Part shown: piece by piece, positions 41,412 to 51,498 of the stretch | Layout of the letters: every line of letters begins with the position of its first letter | Position numbering within the stretch: position 1 is the stretch's first letter | Source of the DNA: an uncultured delta proteobacterium | GTDB lineage: Bacteria > Myxococcota_A > Polyangia > Polyangiales > Polyangiaceae | Reading direction: 5' to 3' | NCBI GenBank assembly: GCA_963850305.1 | Contig: CAWKKR010000008.1 | Span: 768,001 to 832,000, forward strand | Length of the DNA: 64,000 bases | Notes under the pieces: generated by a model | Seen by the model: the letters and a program-made list of their open reading frames with translations, nothing else | Database searches by the model: none | Told to the model about the DNA's origin: nothing | Position numbers and translations under genes: made by a program

Positions 41412-42416
41412 GTGCCCGACCCGAATATCACCGTCGTCGTCCCGTTCCTCGACGAAGAGGGCAGCCTGGAGGAGCTTTATTCGCGGGTCTCCGCGGTGCT
41501 GGAACGAGTCGGGGAACCGTTCGAAATCCTGCTCATCGACGACGGGAGCCGCGATCGCGGAGGCGGCATCGCGGACAGGCTCGCGGAACAGGACCCGCGC
41601 GTGGGCGTCGTTCACTTCCGGCGAAACTTCGGCAAAGCCGCGGCGCTCGATGCGGGGTTTCGGCGCGCGCGCGGCCGCATCGTCTTCACGATGGACGCCG
41701 ATTTGCAGGACGACCCTTCGGAGATTCCGAACTTTCTCGCGAAGCTCTCCGACGGCTTCGACCTCGTGAGCGGCTGGAAGAAGAAGCGCCACGATCCCCT
41801 CGGGAAGACGCTGCCGTCGAAGTTCTTCAACTTCGTCGTGAGCGCGTCGAGCGGCCTCAAGCTCGACGACTTCAACTGCGGCTTCAAGGCGTACCGCGCG
41901 GAAGCCGTCCGCGGGCTCGACCTTTACGGCGAACTTCACCGTTACGTTCCCGTCCTCGTCCACTGGCGAGGCTTTCGGGTGACGCAGATTCCCGTCGTGC
42001 ACCACCCGAGAACCACGGGCACGTCCAAGTATGGCGTCGAGAGGATGGTGAAGGGATTCTTCGATCTCCTGACCGTGCTTCTCATCACCCGCTATCGCGC
42101 CCGTCCGCTCCATCTGTTCGGCGGCGCAGGGATCATATTCGCCGGACTCGGCTTCGCCAGCCTGAGCTATCTGTCGATCCTCTGGTTTCTTGGCCACCCC
42201 CTCGCCAACCGACCGTTGCTCCTGTTCGGCGTGTTGTTGATGATGCTCGGCGTACAGCTCATCAGCACCGGCCTGCTCGGCGAAATGATTGGCATCACCC
42301 AGGTCGGCGCGAAACCACACTACGAGGTGCGGAGCGAGCGAGCCTCGTTCGCGGGACCGATGATCGAGACCGAGAACCAGTCCGCCGTCGCCCGGGACGC
42401 GGCACTCGCCGGCTGA
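41412..42416 (+). CDS. GT2 polyprenyl-phosphate glycosyltransferase (ArnC/Dpm1-like)
   Basis: VVPFLDEE, IDDGSRD, RNFGKAAAL, MDADLQDDP, DFNCGFKAYR, two C-terminal TMs. Confidence 0.93.
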   Translation: MPDPNITVVVPFLDEEGSLEELYSRVSAVLERVGEPFEILLIDDGSRDRGGGIADRLAEQDPRVGVVHFRRNFGKAAALDAGFRRARGRIVFTMDADLQDDPSEIPNFLAKLSDGFDLVSGWKKKRHDPLGKTLPSKFFNFVVSASSGLKLDDFNCGFKAYRAEAVRGLDLYGELHRYVPVLVHWRGFRVTQIPVVHHPRTTGTSKYGVERMVKGFFDLLTVLLITRYRARPLHLFGGAGIIFAGLGFASLSYLSILWFLGHPLANRPLLLFGVLLMMLGVQLISTGLLGEMIGITQVGAKPHYEVRSERASFAGPMIETENQSAVARDAALAG

Positions 42417-42441
42417 CGTCGGAGCAGATTGAGCGCGGTAC

Positions 42442-43614
42442 TCACCGTATCGCGCGTCGCAGGACACGCAGCAGCACGTCGCGACCGGTATCGTAGCCGT
42501 AGCTGGCGATGAGCTTTTCTCGTCCCCTTTCGCCGAGGTTGCGGCGGAGCTCGGGGTCGCTTGCGAGGGTCACGAGAGCGTCGGCCAGGGCGTCGGGATC
42601 GCCGGGCGGGACGATGAGGCCTGCGCCTTCGAGGATCTCGGGCATGTCGTTGAGGGCGCTCGCGACGATGGGCTTGGCCATGGACATGCCGTCGAAGAGC
42701 TTGGCCGGGATCTGGCCCCATGCCGCCGGGACGTCGAGACTCGGCAAAGCGATGATGTCCGCGACGCGCAGGTGATCGCAGAGTGCGAGGAACGGGAACT
42801 GCGGCCACGCGACGAATCGTTCGTCGCCGATCAGAGAACGCGCGCGGAGCAGGACGGGATCCGTGGGATCGTCTGCGCCCATGACGACGAGGCCCACGTC
42901 GGCGCGGCGCCGCGCGCGGGCGACGGCATCGACGAGCACGCCGACGCCCTTGTGCGGTCGCGGCGTGCCGACGAAGCCGACCCAGACGGCGTCGCGCGAG
43001 AGCGAACCCACATCGTGTTCGATGGGCCGGGCGGGGTCGAGGACGCGCGGGTCGCGCACGTGGTACAGGAGCTCCCCGCCGAACTTCGCGCGGAGCCACT
43101 TGTTCGAGACGAGGCGATGCGGCATGCGCATCGCGTAAGCTTCGAGCAAGCGGGCGGCGACGAATCGGTTCACGCCGGCGTCCGCCAGGTAGCTCCGCGC
43201 GCGCGCCCGGCGGAGCCTGGAACCGACCATGCCCGGCTCGTGTGCGCCTTTCTGGATGAGCCCGGTCTCCCAATCGTCGATGTCGACGACGAAACCGCGC
43301 GCGCCGACGCGGCTCACCGCAGCGAGCCCGAGACTCTGGAACACGGGCTTCGTGACGATCACGGCGTCGTCGCCCACTCGCTCCCGGAGCCAGGGGATCG
43401 CCTTGCCGTATTCGAGCGGACTCTTCGGTACCAGGAATGAGTACACCGGGATGCCGGTGCTCAGCGCGGGGGCCCAGACCGCCGGCTTGGAGCCCACGCC
43501 GACGACCTGGACGGCCGTCTCTTCGCGAAGCAAATCGGCGATGAGGAGCGCCCGGCCCATGCCGTTGGAGCTCGCGTTCGCGCAGATGACGGAGACGGGG
43601 GGGAGCGCGCTCAA
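42442..43614 (-). CDS. GT4 family glycosyltransferase
   Basis: FVGTPRPHKGV, PAKLFDGMSMAKPIVAS, IVPPGDPDALA. Confidence 0.9.
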   Translation of the reverse strand: MSALPPVSVICANASSNGMGRALLIADLLREETAVQVVGVGSKPAVWAPALSTGIPVYSFLVPKSPLEYGKAIPWLRERVGDDAVIVTKPVFQSLGLAAVSRVGARGFVVDIDDWETGLIQKGAHEPGMVGSRLRRARARSYLADAGVNRFVAARLLEAYAMRMPHRLVSNKWLRAKFGGELLYHVRDPRVLDPARPIEHDVGSLSRDAVWVGFVGTPRPHKGVGVLVDAVARARRRADVGLVVMGADDPTDPVLLRARSLIGDERFVAWPQFPFLALCDHLRVADIIALPSLDVPAAWGQIPAKLFDGMSMAKPIVASALNDMPEILEGAGLIVPPGDPDALADALVTLASDPELRRNLGERGREKLIASYGYDTGRDVLLRVLRRAIR

Positions 43615-43665
43615 TTCAGCCGTACTACCCTAACCCGCGTTCGCGGGCGACGCGCGGACGTCCCC

Positions 43666-44580
43666 ATGCGAATTCCCGAGCCGAGCGACATCTGTGCCGT
43701 CGTCGTCACGTACCACCCCGATCCGGGGTTCGCGGGTCGCTTCGAGCGCCTTGCCGGCCAGGTCGGGAAGACCGTCATCGTCGACAATGGGTCGAGTGAA
43801 GCCGAAAAAGAGCTGCTGCGCAGCCTCTGTTGCGCTCCGGGCGCGACGCTGATCGAGCACCCAACCAATCTCGGGATCGCTCGCGCGTTGAACACCGGGG
43901 TCCGTACCGCGCGCACTCTCGGCGCGACATGGGTCATGACGTTCGACGACGATTCGACCGCGGCGAACGGCTTCGTCGAGAACGCGATCCGCGTGTGCGC
44001 ATCTATCGGGGAACGCGGGCTCGATCGTCTCGGCGTGCTGGGGGCGAATCACGTCGATGACAACACGGGCAAGCTCTACGCGGCTCCTGCTACGTCTCCG
44101 AGCGGATTCATCGAACGGAAGACGGTCATCACCTCCGGCAGTTTGTTCTCGCTCGAGGCGTACGAACATATCGGGGATTTCAGGGAAGAGTTCTTCATCG
44201 ACGGCGTGGACCACGAGTATTGTCTGCGCGCGCGGGCGAAGGGGTACCGCGTCCTCCTCTCGCTCGAACCGCTGCTGGCCCACGCGATGGGAAACCGGAA
44301 AGCCGTGCGCGCGCTACCCGGCGTCGCGCTCGAGACGGTGAATTACACGCCGTTCCGCTGGTACTTCATGGTGAAAAATCGGCTGACGCTCGTCACCGAG
44401 TACGCGACGAAGGAACCGACGTGGGCAGCGGCGCGCGCGGGGCGTCTGGTGACGCAGGCCCTGACGACCCTCGCGCTCGAGCCTGGGCGACTGGAAAAGG
44501 CGCGCTGCATGGGGCTCGGTGTCCTCGACTTCATCACGCGACACGACGGGCGACCGCTCGACGAAATCGAGCGACCCTGA
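43666..44580 (+). CDS. GT2 glycosyltransferase (rhamnosyltransferase-like)
   Basis: VVVTYHPD, IVDNGS, NLGIARALN, FDDDS, VITSGSL, FFIDGVDHEYCLR. Confidence 0.9.
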   Translation: MRIPEPSDICAVVVTYHPDPGFAGRFERLAGQVGKTVIVDNGSSEAEKELLRSLCCAPGATLIEHPTNLGIARALNTGVRTARTLGATWVMTFDDDSTAANGFVENAIRVCASIGERGLDRLGVLGANHVDDNTGKLYAAPATSPSGFIERKTVITSGSLFSLEAYEHIGDFREEFFIDGVDHEYCLRARAKGYRVLLSLEPLLAHAMGNRKAVRALPGVALETVNYTPFRWYFMVKNRLTLVTEYATKEPTWAAARAGRLVTQALTTLALEPGRLEKARCMGLGVLDFITRHDGRPLDEIERP

Positions 44581-44608
44581 AGCGTCGAACGCGCGACGCC
44601 ACCACGTC

Positions 44609-46066
44609 TCATCTCGAGACTGCCGGCGCGGGGGGCGGACTGGGCGGTGGCCTCGGACGCGGCGGCGGTCGTGGACGCGCCGGGCGCGGCGGCCTCGGAC
44701 GCCGCACGGGCCGGGGCTCGTGGCTCAAGACCCAGGTGGGGCCGAGACGATTGCGGTTCGGCGCGCTCTCGAGAAAGTTGTGCCAGACGGAGAACTGAAA
44801 GGGTGACGTGAGCCCGTCCTGGACGTTGAAGGCGCTGACGGCGAATGCCGCGAACACCAGCGTCCACTTCACGCGCCCGAGCGTCGCCCGGTCGAGCCAG
44901 AGTCCGAACAGCAGCACGAGCCAGGGCATGATCGGCACGAGCCAGCGCATGCCGACGCACCAGCCGCCATAGTTGTGCGTCCGGACGATGTAGAACGCGG
45001 TCACGACGAAGACGGTCGCTGCGAGCACCGCTGTCTCGGCGAAGAAGCGATCGCGCTTCCAGAGCCTCCGGCAGATCTCGTAGAGGGAGAAGCAGAAGAT
45101 CGGCGTCATGCTGAAGACGCCGTGATGTCCGAGGAGCACGTTGAAGGCGTACGTGCTCTTTGGCTCGAGGAGCGCGTCGATCCCGGAGCGCCGCCCGCCG
45201 AAGTAGCTCCCCGCATACTTCATGAGCGACGCGTCGGCATACGCGGGGATCCAGGTGCCGGTGGCGGCGTGGGCCAAGAGGAGCTCGGCTGCGAGCCCCG
45301 GTACGACCGCAGGCGCGAAGACGAGGAGCGTCCGCTTCCAGTTCACGCGCAGGAGATAGATGCCGGTGAACCCAGTGAGCGCGAGCGACGACAGATCCAC
45401 CGCAGGGAGCACACCGAGCCAGAACCCCGCGAGCAGCCAGTCGGCGAGCCGCCCCTCGCTACTCTGCGCGCGGTACGCGTAATAAAACCCCACGACCGCG
45501 AGAGCCCCGCCCGGCGAGTGATTGTTGATGGCCGTGGCATACGCGACGCCGAGATACGCGAAGCACGCCGCGGCCATCGTGATGATGATCGCGAGCTCCT
45601 TCTGTAGAAGAAGGCGACAGAGTCGAAAGAAATAGATCAGGAACACGAGGTGACTGAGCCACCCCGTGAACACGCCCACCGTCCAGACGACGATGCCCTC
45701 GTTGTCCTCGATGTTGTAGCCGGTGATCTTCTTGAGGACGTAGTACACGCCCGCGCCGTACGTCGGCAGGAGCGGGGGCTTGGACGACACGAAATGACCG
45801 CGGGCCCGCACCTTGTCGGGCGTGAACACGTAGCGGCTCGCGTCGATGTTGTAGGTGCCGTAGTCGACGAGCGACTCGATCGTCGCGTAGCGGCTGCCCG
45901 TGTTCGCGTTTTCGCGCGACGAGAGCTGCATGTGCCACACGACCATCACGAGACTCGTCAGCATGAGCAGGGCGACGATCACCGACGTGTCGCGCCGTCG
46001 CTCGGCGTCGACGGGTTCTCGCCGCTGCTCCGGCCCCACGGGCCCCTGCTCGCCGAGGTCGGTCAT
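44609..46066 (-). CDS. Multi-TM membrane protein, GT-C-like
   Basis: N-terminal loop ANTGSRYATIESLVDYGT...SSKPP, about 10 TMs, GGWCVGMRWLVP. Confidence 0.7.
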   Translation of the reverse strand: MTDLGEQGPVGPEQRREPVDAERRRDTSVIVALLMLTSLVMVVWHMQLSSRENANTGSRYATIESLVDYGTYNIDASRYVFTPDKVRARGHFVSSKPPLLPTYGAGVYYVLKKITGYNIEDNEGIVVWTVGVFTGWLSHLVFLIYFFRLCRLLLQKELAIIITMAAACFAYLGVAYATAINNHSPGGALAVVGFYYAYRAQSSEGRLADWLLAGFWLGVLPAVDLSSLALTGFTGIYLLRVNWKRTLLVFAPAVVPGLAAELLLAHAATGTWIPAYADASLMKYAGSYFGGRRSGIDALLEPKSTYAFNVLLGHHGVFSMTPIFCFSLYEICRRLWKRDRFFAETAVLAATVFVVTAFYIVRTHNYGGWCVGMRWLVPIMPWLVLLFGLWLDRATLGRVKWTLVFAAFAVSAFNVQDGLTSPFQFSVWHNFLESAPNRNRLGPTWVLSHEPRPVRRPRPPRPARPRPPPRPRPPPSPPPAPAVSR

Positions 46067-47124
46067 CCGTGGGCCGTGCGGGTGCTGCGCGGAGCCGTGT
46101 GCGACAGCAGCTCGTCGATTTCTTCGACGACGTAGGCGGTGACGTCCAGGTGGTCGTGAACGAGCCGGTCACGGGCGTCACGGCGAGCGTCCGCATCCAC
46201 GGGCGCGTCGAGGAGAGCGAGGGTCTTTCCGAGCGCCGGCGCCGCGTCCTTGAAGTTGTAGACGAGGCCGTACCGGCGCTCCTGGTCGTTCAGGTAGCCG
46301 CGTTCCGTCGTGTTCAAGTAAACCGCCGGCACACCGAGACAGGCCGCTTCGCTCGCCGTCGACGCACCCTCCGTCACGACGAGCCGCGAGAACGCGAGCA
46401 CGTCGTGAAAACGTTCCGGCGGAACGCGGAGCCGCTGAGGTTCCCACTTCTCGGGCAATATGCCGCCCTCGGGGACGATGAATACGCGAGCGCGCTCCGA
46501 AACGCGGGTGACGAACTCGTCCAGGCGATCGCCGAAGCCGCGGTTGCCGATGTCGTGCAGCGTGTTCCACGCGGAGACGCGCAGCACGACGTAGTTACCG
46601 GGAGCCACGCCGTCCATCATCGACAGGACGTCGCTGCGCGGCGTGAAGCGCGACGGGTGCAGGAACGCAAGCTCGTGATAGCCCGCATAGCGGCGCTGCT
46701 TCTTGCCGAGGTTCTTCCAGAAGCACTCCGGTGTATAGATGCGCGTCGCGAACGGGTGCGCGATCCGGTGGTTCAGGCTCTGAAACTCGCTATCCGTGAA
46801 GACGATGTTCGGCTTTCCGAAGAGAAAAGCCGATTGGGTATAGCTCCCCATCAAGCTCAGCACCGCGTCCGGCCGGAACGACGCGATCGTCTTCGCGACG
46901 AGAAGCTGCCGCTCGAGCATCTCCCCCATGGGGATCCGGTTGTTCTTGCGCTGCGCGGTGAGGATACGGTGCGGAATGAAGTCGTAAGCCGCGAGCAGTC
47001 GCTTCATGACGTCGCGATCACGCCCGAGTAGCAGCACCTCGTCCCCACGCTTCCGCCAGATCTCCACGGCGTTCCTGAAGAAGTGGATGTGCGCGGGGTG
47101 GTGCGCCTCGAGCAGAAGTCGCAT
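46063..47124 (-). CDS. DUF354 domain protein (GT-B-like)
   Basis: HPAHIHFFRN, FTDSE, YAGYHELAFLHP, EAACLGVPAV. Confidence 0.85.
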   Translation of the reverse strand: MRLLLEAHHPAHIHFFRNAVEIWRKRGDEVLLLGRDRDVMKRLLAAYDFIPHRILTAQRKNNRIPMGEMLERQLLVAKTIASFRPDAVLSLMGSYTQSAFLFGKPNIVFTDSEFQSLNHRIAHPFATRIYTPECFWKNLGKKQRRYAGYHELAFLHPSRFTPRSDVLSMMDGVAPGNYVVLRVSAWNTLHDIGNRGFGDRLDEFVTRVSERARVFIVPEGGILPEKWEPQRLRVPPERFHDVLAFSRLVVTEGASTASEAACLGVPAVYLNTTERGYLNDQERRYGLVYNFKDAAPALGKTLALLDAPVDADARRDARDRLVHDHLDVTAYVVEEIDELLSHTAPRSTRTAHG

Positions 47125-47186
47125 GAGAGCGCGACCGATCTAGCAGATTGGAAGGCCATTCGGGAGCCGACGCGTGAGCATCACCC

Positions 47187-48797
47187 TCATAATGTGGGCT
47201 CAACCTTACCGAAGGTCGCAGGCAAGCGACGGCCACGGGTCTCGGAGAAGTGGTTCATCTGGTACAAGATCACGTTGTCCGACAAGGACCATAGCCGGTA
47301 GCGACAGAACCAGAGATCGATGTCGCAGTAGCTCGGGCCGAGGTATTCCCCGTGCGCGGCGGCAAATCTCCGCGCTTCGGGCTCCGTGAGAAAGCTGATG
47401 GGTCTCCGAGCGCCGGGCGACCGAGTGACGAAGATCCGGCGCATGTTCCACGAACGGTCGTAGCTGAGCACGCCGAGCCCTTGCACGAAGACCGACCACG
47501 AAAGGAGCGCGGCGAAGACGGTGCGGCGGAGCGGCGAGCGCAACATTGCGTCCATCACCGGAACCAGAAACAGCGCGAGATACGGTACGACGTCGAGCCA
47601 GGGCCGGTAGCCATAGGCGTGGCCACCCCACCAGTCGAACCATTTGCACTGCAGCAACATCATCGCGAGGGTCGCGACGGTAAGCGGGCGGAACGCTCGA
47701 AAGCCCGGGTCCCTCCACGTCCGTGCGGCCCCCCAGAAGGACGCGGCGAGGACCGGCGAGAAGACCAGGAGCCCGCGCGACGGACTCACGAGCAGCCCGA
47801 GGGCACCCTCCCAGAGCGGCGTCTGCCACAGGTTCGGCGAACCCGTCTTCTCGAGCGCGATGACGTGCCCCACGAGCTCCTGTGCGAACACGAAAGGGCT
47901 CCCGAAGAAGTACTGATTGTAGACGGCGACGGCGAGCGGCACCGGCGCCGACGCGACGAGGTACGGCAAGAGCCGCCGTCGGTGGTAGATCGCGAGGTGG
48001 ACGAGCACGGCGACGAAGACGAAGAGCCCCGTAGCGCGACACGCCGTGGCCGCACCGAAGGAAAACCCCGCGAGCGCCGCCGCTTGCCAGGAAGCTCTCT
48101 TCCTGAGGAAGAAGAACGCGCCGAGCGCGAGGAAGAACTGAGTGACGGTTTGTTGCCAGAGATCCTGGCTCGAAACGGCGAACGCACACGTCCCGAGCCC
48201 GTAGGTGACGGCGACGAGCAGCGCCCGCTGCCACGCCGTGTAAGAGAGCGCGATGAGGAGGATCAGCACCGCGCTCGACGCGACGAGGATCGACGCGCAG
48301 AGCTTCCCCACCGTCGCTCGGTGCACGAGCTGGCGGGGCAGATCGTGATCGACGGCGTAAAAGGGCGCCATGACTGGCAAGAGCACGAACCCCGGGACGG
48401 GTCCGAACGTGCTGACGTACGTGTGGCGCAGCTTGGACTCCGTCACGTAGTAGCGAGGACCATTGAATTCGAGCGCTCCCGCATCGCGCCAGTCTCTCGC
48501 CGTTCGGTCGGCGATCTCGTCCTTCCAGCGCATGATGAAGAAGTCGTCGAGTGGAGCGAAGGGTGGATGAGTCTTCCACTTGAACATCTCGGGGAACTCT
48601 TCAGGACCGAAGGAGAGACGGCCGGCGTGGAGGAGCGCCAGCGGCAGATTCTCGGTAGGCACGGCGTCACCCTCGTTCAGGATGGTGCCGTTGGCATGGT
48701 ACGCCGCGAGAAGCGCGCAGAAGAGGACGAGGCACAGAAGGAGCCTGCGGCGCCACGACAAACCCGGGTGCTCGGTGCGACCGGTGGAAGTGCTCAT
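47187..48797 (-). CDS. Multi-TM GT-C (ArnT/PMT-like) glycosyltransferase
   Basis: About 11 TMs, LLVSPSRGLLVFSP, WWGGHAYGYR. Confidence 0.75.
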   Translation of the reverse strand: MSTSTGRTEHPGLSWRRRLLLCLVLFCALLAAYHANGTILNEGDAVPTENLPLALLHAGRLSFGPEEFPEMFKWKTHPPFAPLDDFFIMRWKDEIADRTARDWRDAGALEFNGPRYYVTESKLRHTYVSTFGPVPGFVLLPVMAPFYAVDHDLPRQLVHRATVGKLCASILVASSAVLILLIALSYTAWQRALLVAVTYGLGTCAFAVSSQDLWQQTVTQFFLALGAFFFLRKRASWQAAALAGFSFGAATACRATGLFVFVAVLVHLAIYHRRRLLPYLVASAPVPLAVAVYNQYFFGSPFVFAQELVGHVIALEKTGSPNLWQTPLWEGALGLLVSPSRGLLVFSPVLAASFWGAARTWRDPGFRAFRPLTVATLAMMLLQCKWFDWWGGHAYGYRPWLDVVPYLALFLVPVMDAMLRSPLRRTVFAALLSWSVFVQGLGVLSYDRSWNMRRIFVTRSPGARRPISFLTEPEARRFAAAHGEYLGPSYCDIDLWFCRYRLWSLSDNVILYQMNHFSETRGRRLPATFGKVEPTL

Positions 48798-50755
48798 GAC
48801 GGCTCGGCGTCCCGCAGACGCGGCCCTGAGCGCATCGAACGGAGGCCCCAGAAAGCGAGGAGACCGAATCCCAGCACCGTCACGAGCCCGGGGATCCGGC
48901 TCGGCGCGTACCAGATGTGCACGTCGAAGCTTCCCTTCGAGATGCCGTCGATTACCAGGAACCCTTCCGGACTCTCGCGCAGCCACCCTCCGGGGATGCC
49001 TTCGAGATGCCACCACGCGTGAAAGTTCGTCTTCGCGAGGACACGCGTTCCGCCGTAGTCCGTGCGAAGGTGAAATCGCATTTCGCCCGGGCGGAACGCG
49101 ACGGGCCCGACATGATTCGTCGGCGTGAGACTGGCGATCGGAAGGTTTTCGGCGCCGCGACGCCGAAAGACGGCGTAGTGGGACTCGTCGTGGAGGCGAT
49201 CGAACGCGCCCGTTCCGTCGATCCGCTCCGCCATCTCGCCGTTCGAGGTGACGAGGACGCCCGCGTTGGTCTTCTCCATCGCCTCGAGAATCCAGGCCTT
49301 TCCGGGACGCGGCGCGCTAAATAGCGTGCCGAACTCGCTGCAAGACCAACGAAGCTTGTACGGGACCACGCCGTAATAGGTTCCGAGCACGGGTCTGTCG
49401 ATCGCGTGCGCGGTCAGGGCGAGCACGTGGGACTGCGACAAGCCGCCCGCCTTCCAGTCCGCGCCGAGCGTGTCCTCGACGTAAATTCGTCCCCAATCGG
49501 CGCGGGCGTTCGTGCGGAGCCAGGCCCAGAGTGGTTCGAGTCGTGCGAGCTCGTCGCGGACGGATCGCGGGCTGTCCTTTGCGAGCGGCAAGACCCACCA
49601 CGCGCCGAGGAGCGTGCCGCACAGAGCGAAGGCCGTTGCGAGCGCCGCGGCGACCCTGGGCGACCGTGGAGACGGCAGCGCCGCGACCACGGGGATGGCG
49701 GACAGCGCGAACCCGATGCGCACCCAGTCCAGAAACCGCCAGCTCACGGGGCCGAGAAACCACAGTGGGTACGTGTGATGGAGGACGAGCATCCCGAACA
49801 GCAGCGTCGCGATCCAGAACCCCGACATCGACAGCGGCGATCGCCTGGACCGCGCGAAGACAAACCCTGCCACGCCGAGGAGGACCAGCGCGACCATCGG
49901 GATCGAATCGGTGAAGTGCAGATCGCGGCGAATGGCATCCTGAAGGTGATCGTCCAGGAGGAGCATCGCATCGGAAGGCAGGAGCAGCCGACAGAGCAGC
50001 GCCTGCAACGAAAACGGCTTGAGCGGTGCGGGGTCGCCATTTCCGACCCACAGGAACGTAAGCCAGTAGTCGGCGGAAGCGAGCCCGCCCACGAGGGCCG
50101 AAAGGGCGCGACGCGACAGCTCGTGCCGCGTCAGCGCGCGCCGATGCACGAATGTGGTCACGACGGCCGCGAGCGCGAGTACCGGTAGCACGAACAGGTG
50201 CGTGAGCGTCGCGAGAGCCAGGATGAGCGCGAGTCCGACGTGCTGGCGCTCGGTCAACGCGGGTCGCGACAGCAGATCGACGGCGACGATGAGCGCTCCG
50301 TTCGCGAGGCCGTACGTCCACATCCCGCCCAGCGGCGACCCGATGCCCCAGATCATCGGCGACTGTACGAGGAGCAGATACGCGAGAAGGCCCGCACGCG
50401 GCGCGTTCAGGTGACCGCGCGCCACGTGATAGAACGAGAGCGGGATCGCGACGAACCCCGCAAAGAGTGCGGTGGCGTACATCGGGCCGAGCGGCACCCC
50501 AGCGCGAACGAGGCGCGCAAGTAGCGGGTACCAGAGCGGCGAGTGCAACGTCGGGAGGGGAAATCCGGTGAACCCGATCTCCGACCAGCCGCTTCCACCG
50601 TTCGCGAGCGCGTACACCTCCGCCAGGTGCACCGAGTTGTCGATGTACGTCAGATAGCCCCCGCGCAGGATCGGGAACGCGATGACCAGCGCCGTGCCGA
50701 GCAGACACGACAGGGCGACGAGGTCTCCGCGCTCGAAGCGAGTCGATGCGGGCAT
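48794..50755 (-). CDS. Multi-TM membrane protein, GT-C/YfhO-like
   Basis: DNSVHL...GWSEIGFTGFP N-terminal loop, many TMs, periplasmic C-terminal domain and final TM. Confidence 0.7.
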   Translation of the reverse strand: MPASTRFERGDLVALSCLLGTALVIAFPILRGGYLTYIDNSVHLAEVYALANGGSGWSEIGFTGFPLPTLHSPLWYPLLARLVRAGVPLGPMYATALFAGFVAIPLSFYHVARGHLNAPRAGLLAYLLLVQSPMIWGIGSPLGGMWTYGLANGALIVAVDLLSRPALTERQHVGLALILALATLTHLFVLPVLALAAVVTTFVHRRALTRHELSRRALSALVGGLASADYWLTFLWVGNGDPAPLKPFSLQALLCRLLLPSDAMLLLDDHLQDAIRRDLHFTDSIPMVALVLLGVAGFVFARSRRSPLSMSGFWIATLLFGMLVLHHTYPLWFLGPVSWRFLDWVRIGFALSAIPVVAALPSPRSPRVAAALATAFALCGTLLGAWWVLPLAKDSPRSVRDELARLEPLWAWLRTNARADWGRIYVEDTLGADWKAGGLSQSHVLALTAHAIDRPVLGTYYGVVPYKLRWSCSEFGTLFSAPRPGKAWILEAMEKTNAGVLVTSNGEMAERIDGTGAFDRLHDESHYAVFRRRGAENLPIASLTPTNHVGPVAFRPGEMRFHLRTDYGGTRVLAKTNFHAWWHLEGIPGGWLRESPEGFLVIDGISKGSFDVHIWYAPSRIPGLVTVLGFGLLAFWGLRSMRSGPRLRDAEPS

Positions 50756-50948
50756 GAGGCTCGCCGAGCCTGCCGTTTCGGAATATCCGTGACAAGGACG
50801 ACGTGTCGGACGCATCCGCGCCGTCCCCGGAGGCCTCATACGGTCGCCATTTGCGTCGCTCCGAGGGCATCCCCTGCCCGGGCGCGCGCCACGGGTCTTC
50901 CTGAGGTCTTCCTGGGGGCTGCTGCGCCTTTGTGGGAGTCTCGTGCGC

Positions 50949-51434
50949 ATGGCACCTCCCAGGAAGGGCGGTTTGATCGTCATCGGCGTGCTGGCGGTCC
51001 TCAAGGCGTCCGCGCTGGCGTTCGTCGGGCTCGGCTTTCTCTCGCTGCTCCACAGGGATGCCGCGACCACCCTGGGCGAATGGGTAGAACGCATTCGCGT
51101 CGACCCCAGGAACCGGATCATTCACGCGCTCATCGAGAAGATTGTCGGCGTGCGGCCGCGCACCCTCGAGACGCTCGGCGTCGGGACGCTCGTGTACGCG
51201 GCGGTGTTTGCGACGGAGGGGCTCGGCCTCATCTTGCAGAAAAGGTGGGCCGAGTACATGACGCTCCTGGTCACGGTGTCGTTCTTGCCCGTCGAGGTGT
51301 TCGAGCTCGTCGAGCACCCTCGCTTCTCGAAAGCGGCGCTGCTCGCCGTGAACGCGTTCGTGGCGTTCTACATCGCGCGTCAGATCGCGCGCGAGCGCGC
51401 CGCTCACCGCGCCGGCAACGGAAGGAACTCCTGA
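50949..51434 (+). CDS. DUF2127 membrane protein
   Basis: ATEGLGL...KRWAEYMTLLVTVSFLPVEVFEL. Confidence 0.85.
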   Translation: MAPPRKGGLIVIGVLAVLKASALAFVGLGFLSLLHRDAATTLGEWVERIRVDPRNRIIHALIEKIVGVRPRTLETLGVGTLVYAAVFATEGLGLILQKRWAEYMTLLVTVSFLPVEVFELVEHPRFSKAALLAVNAFVAFYIARQIARERAAHRAGNGRNS

Positions 51435-51498
51435 TCGTCGCCAGGCATCCTTCCGAAGTGAATCTGTCTCCAGTCATCCTTCGCGCGGACCGGATGTT

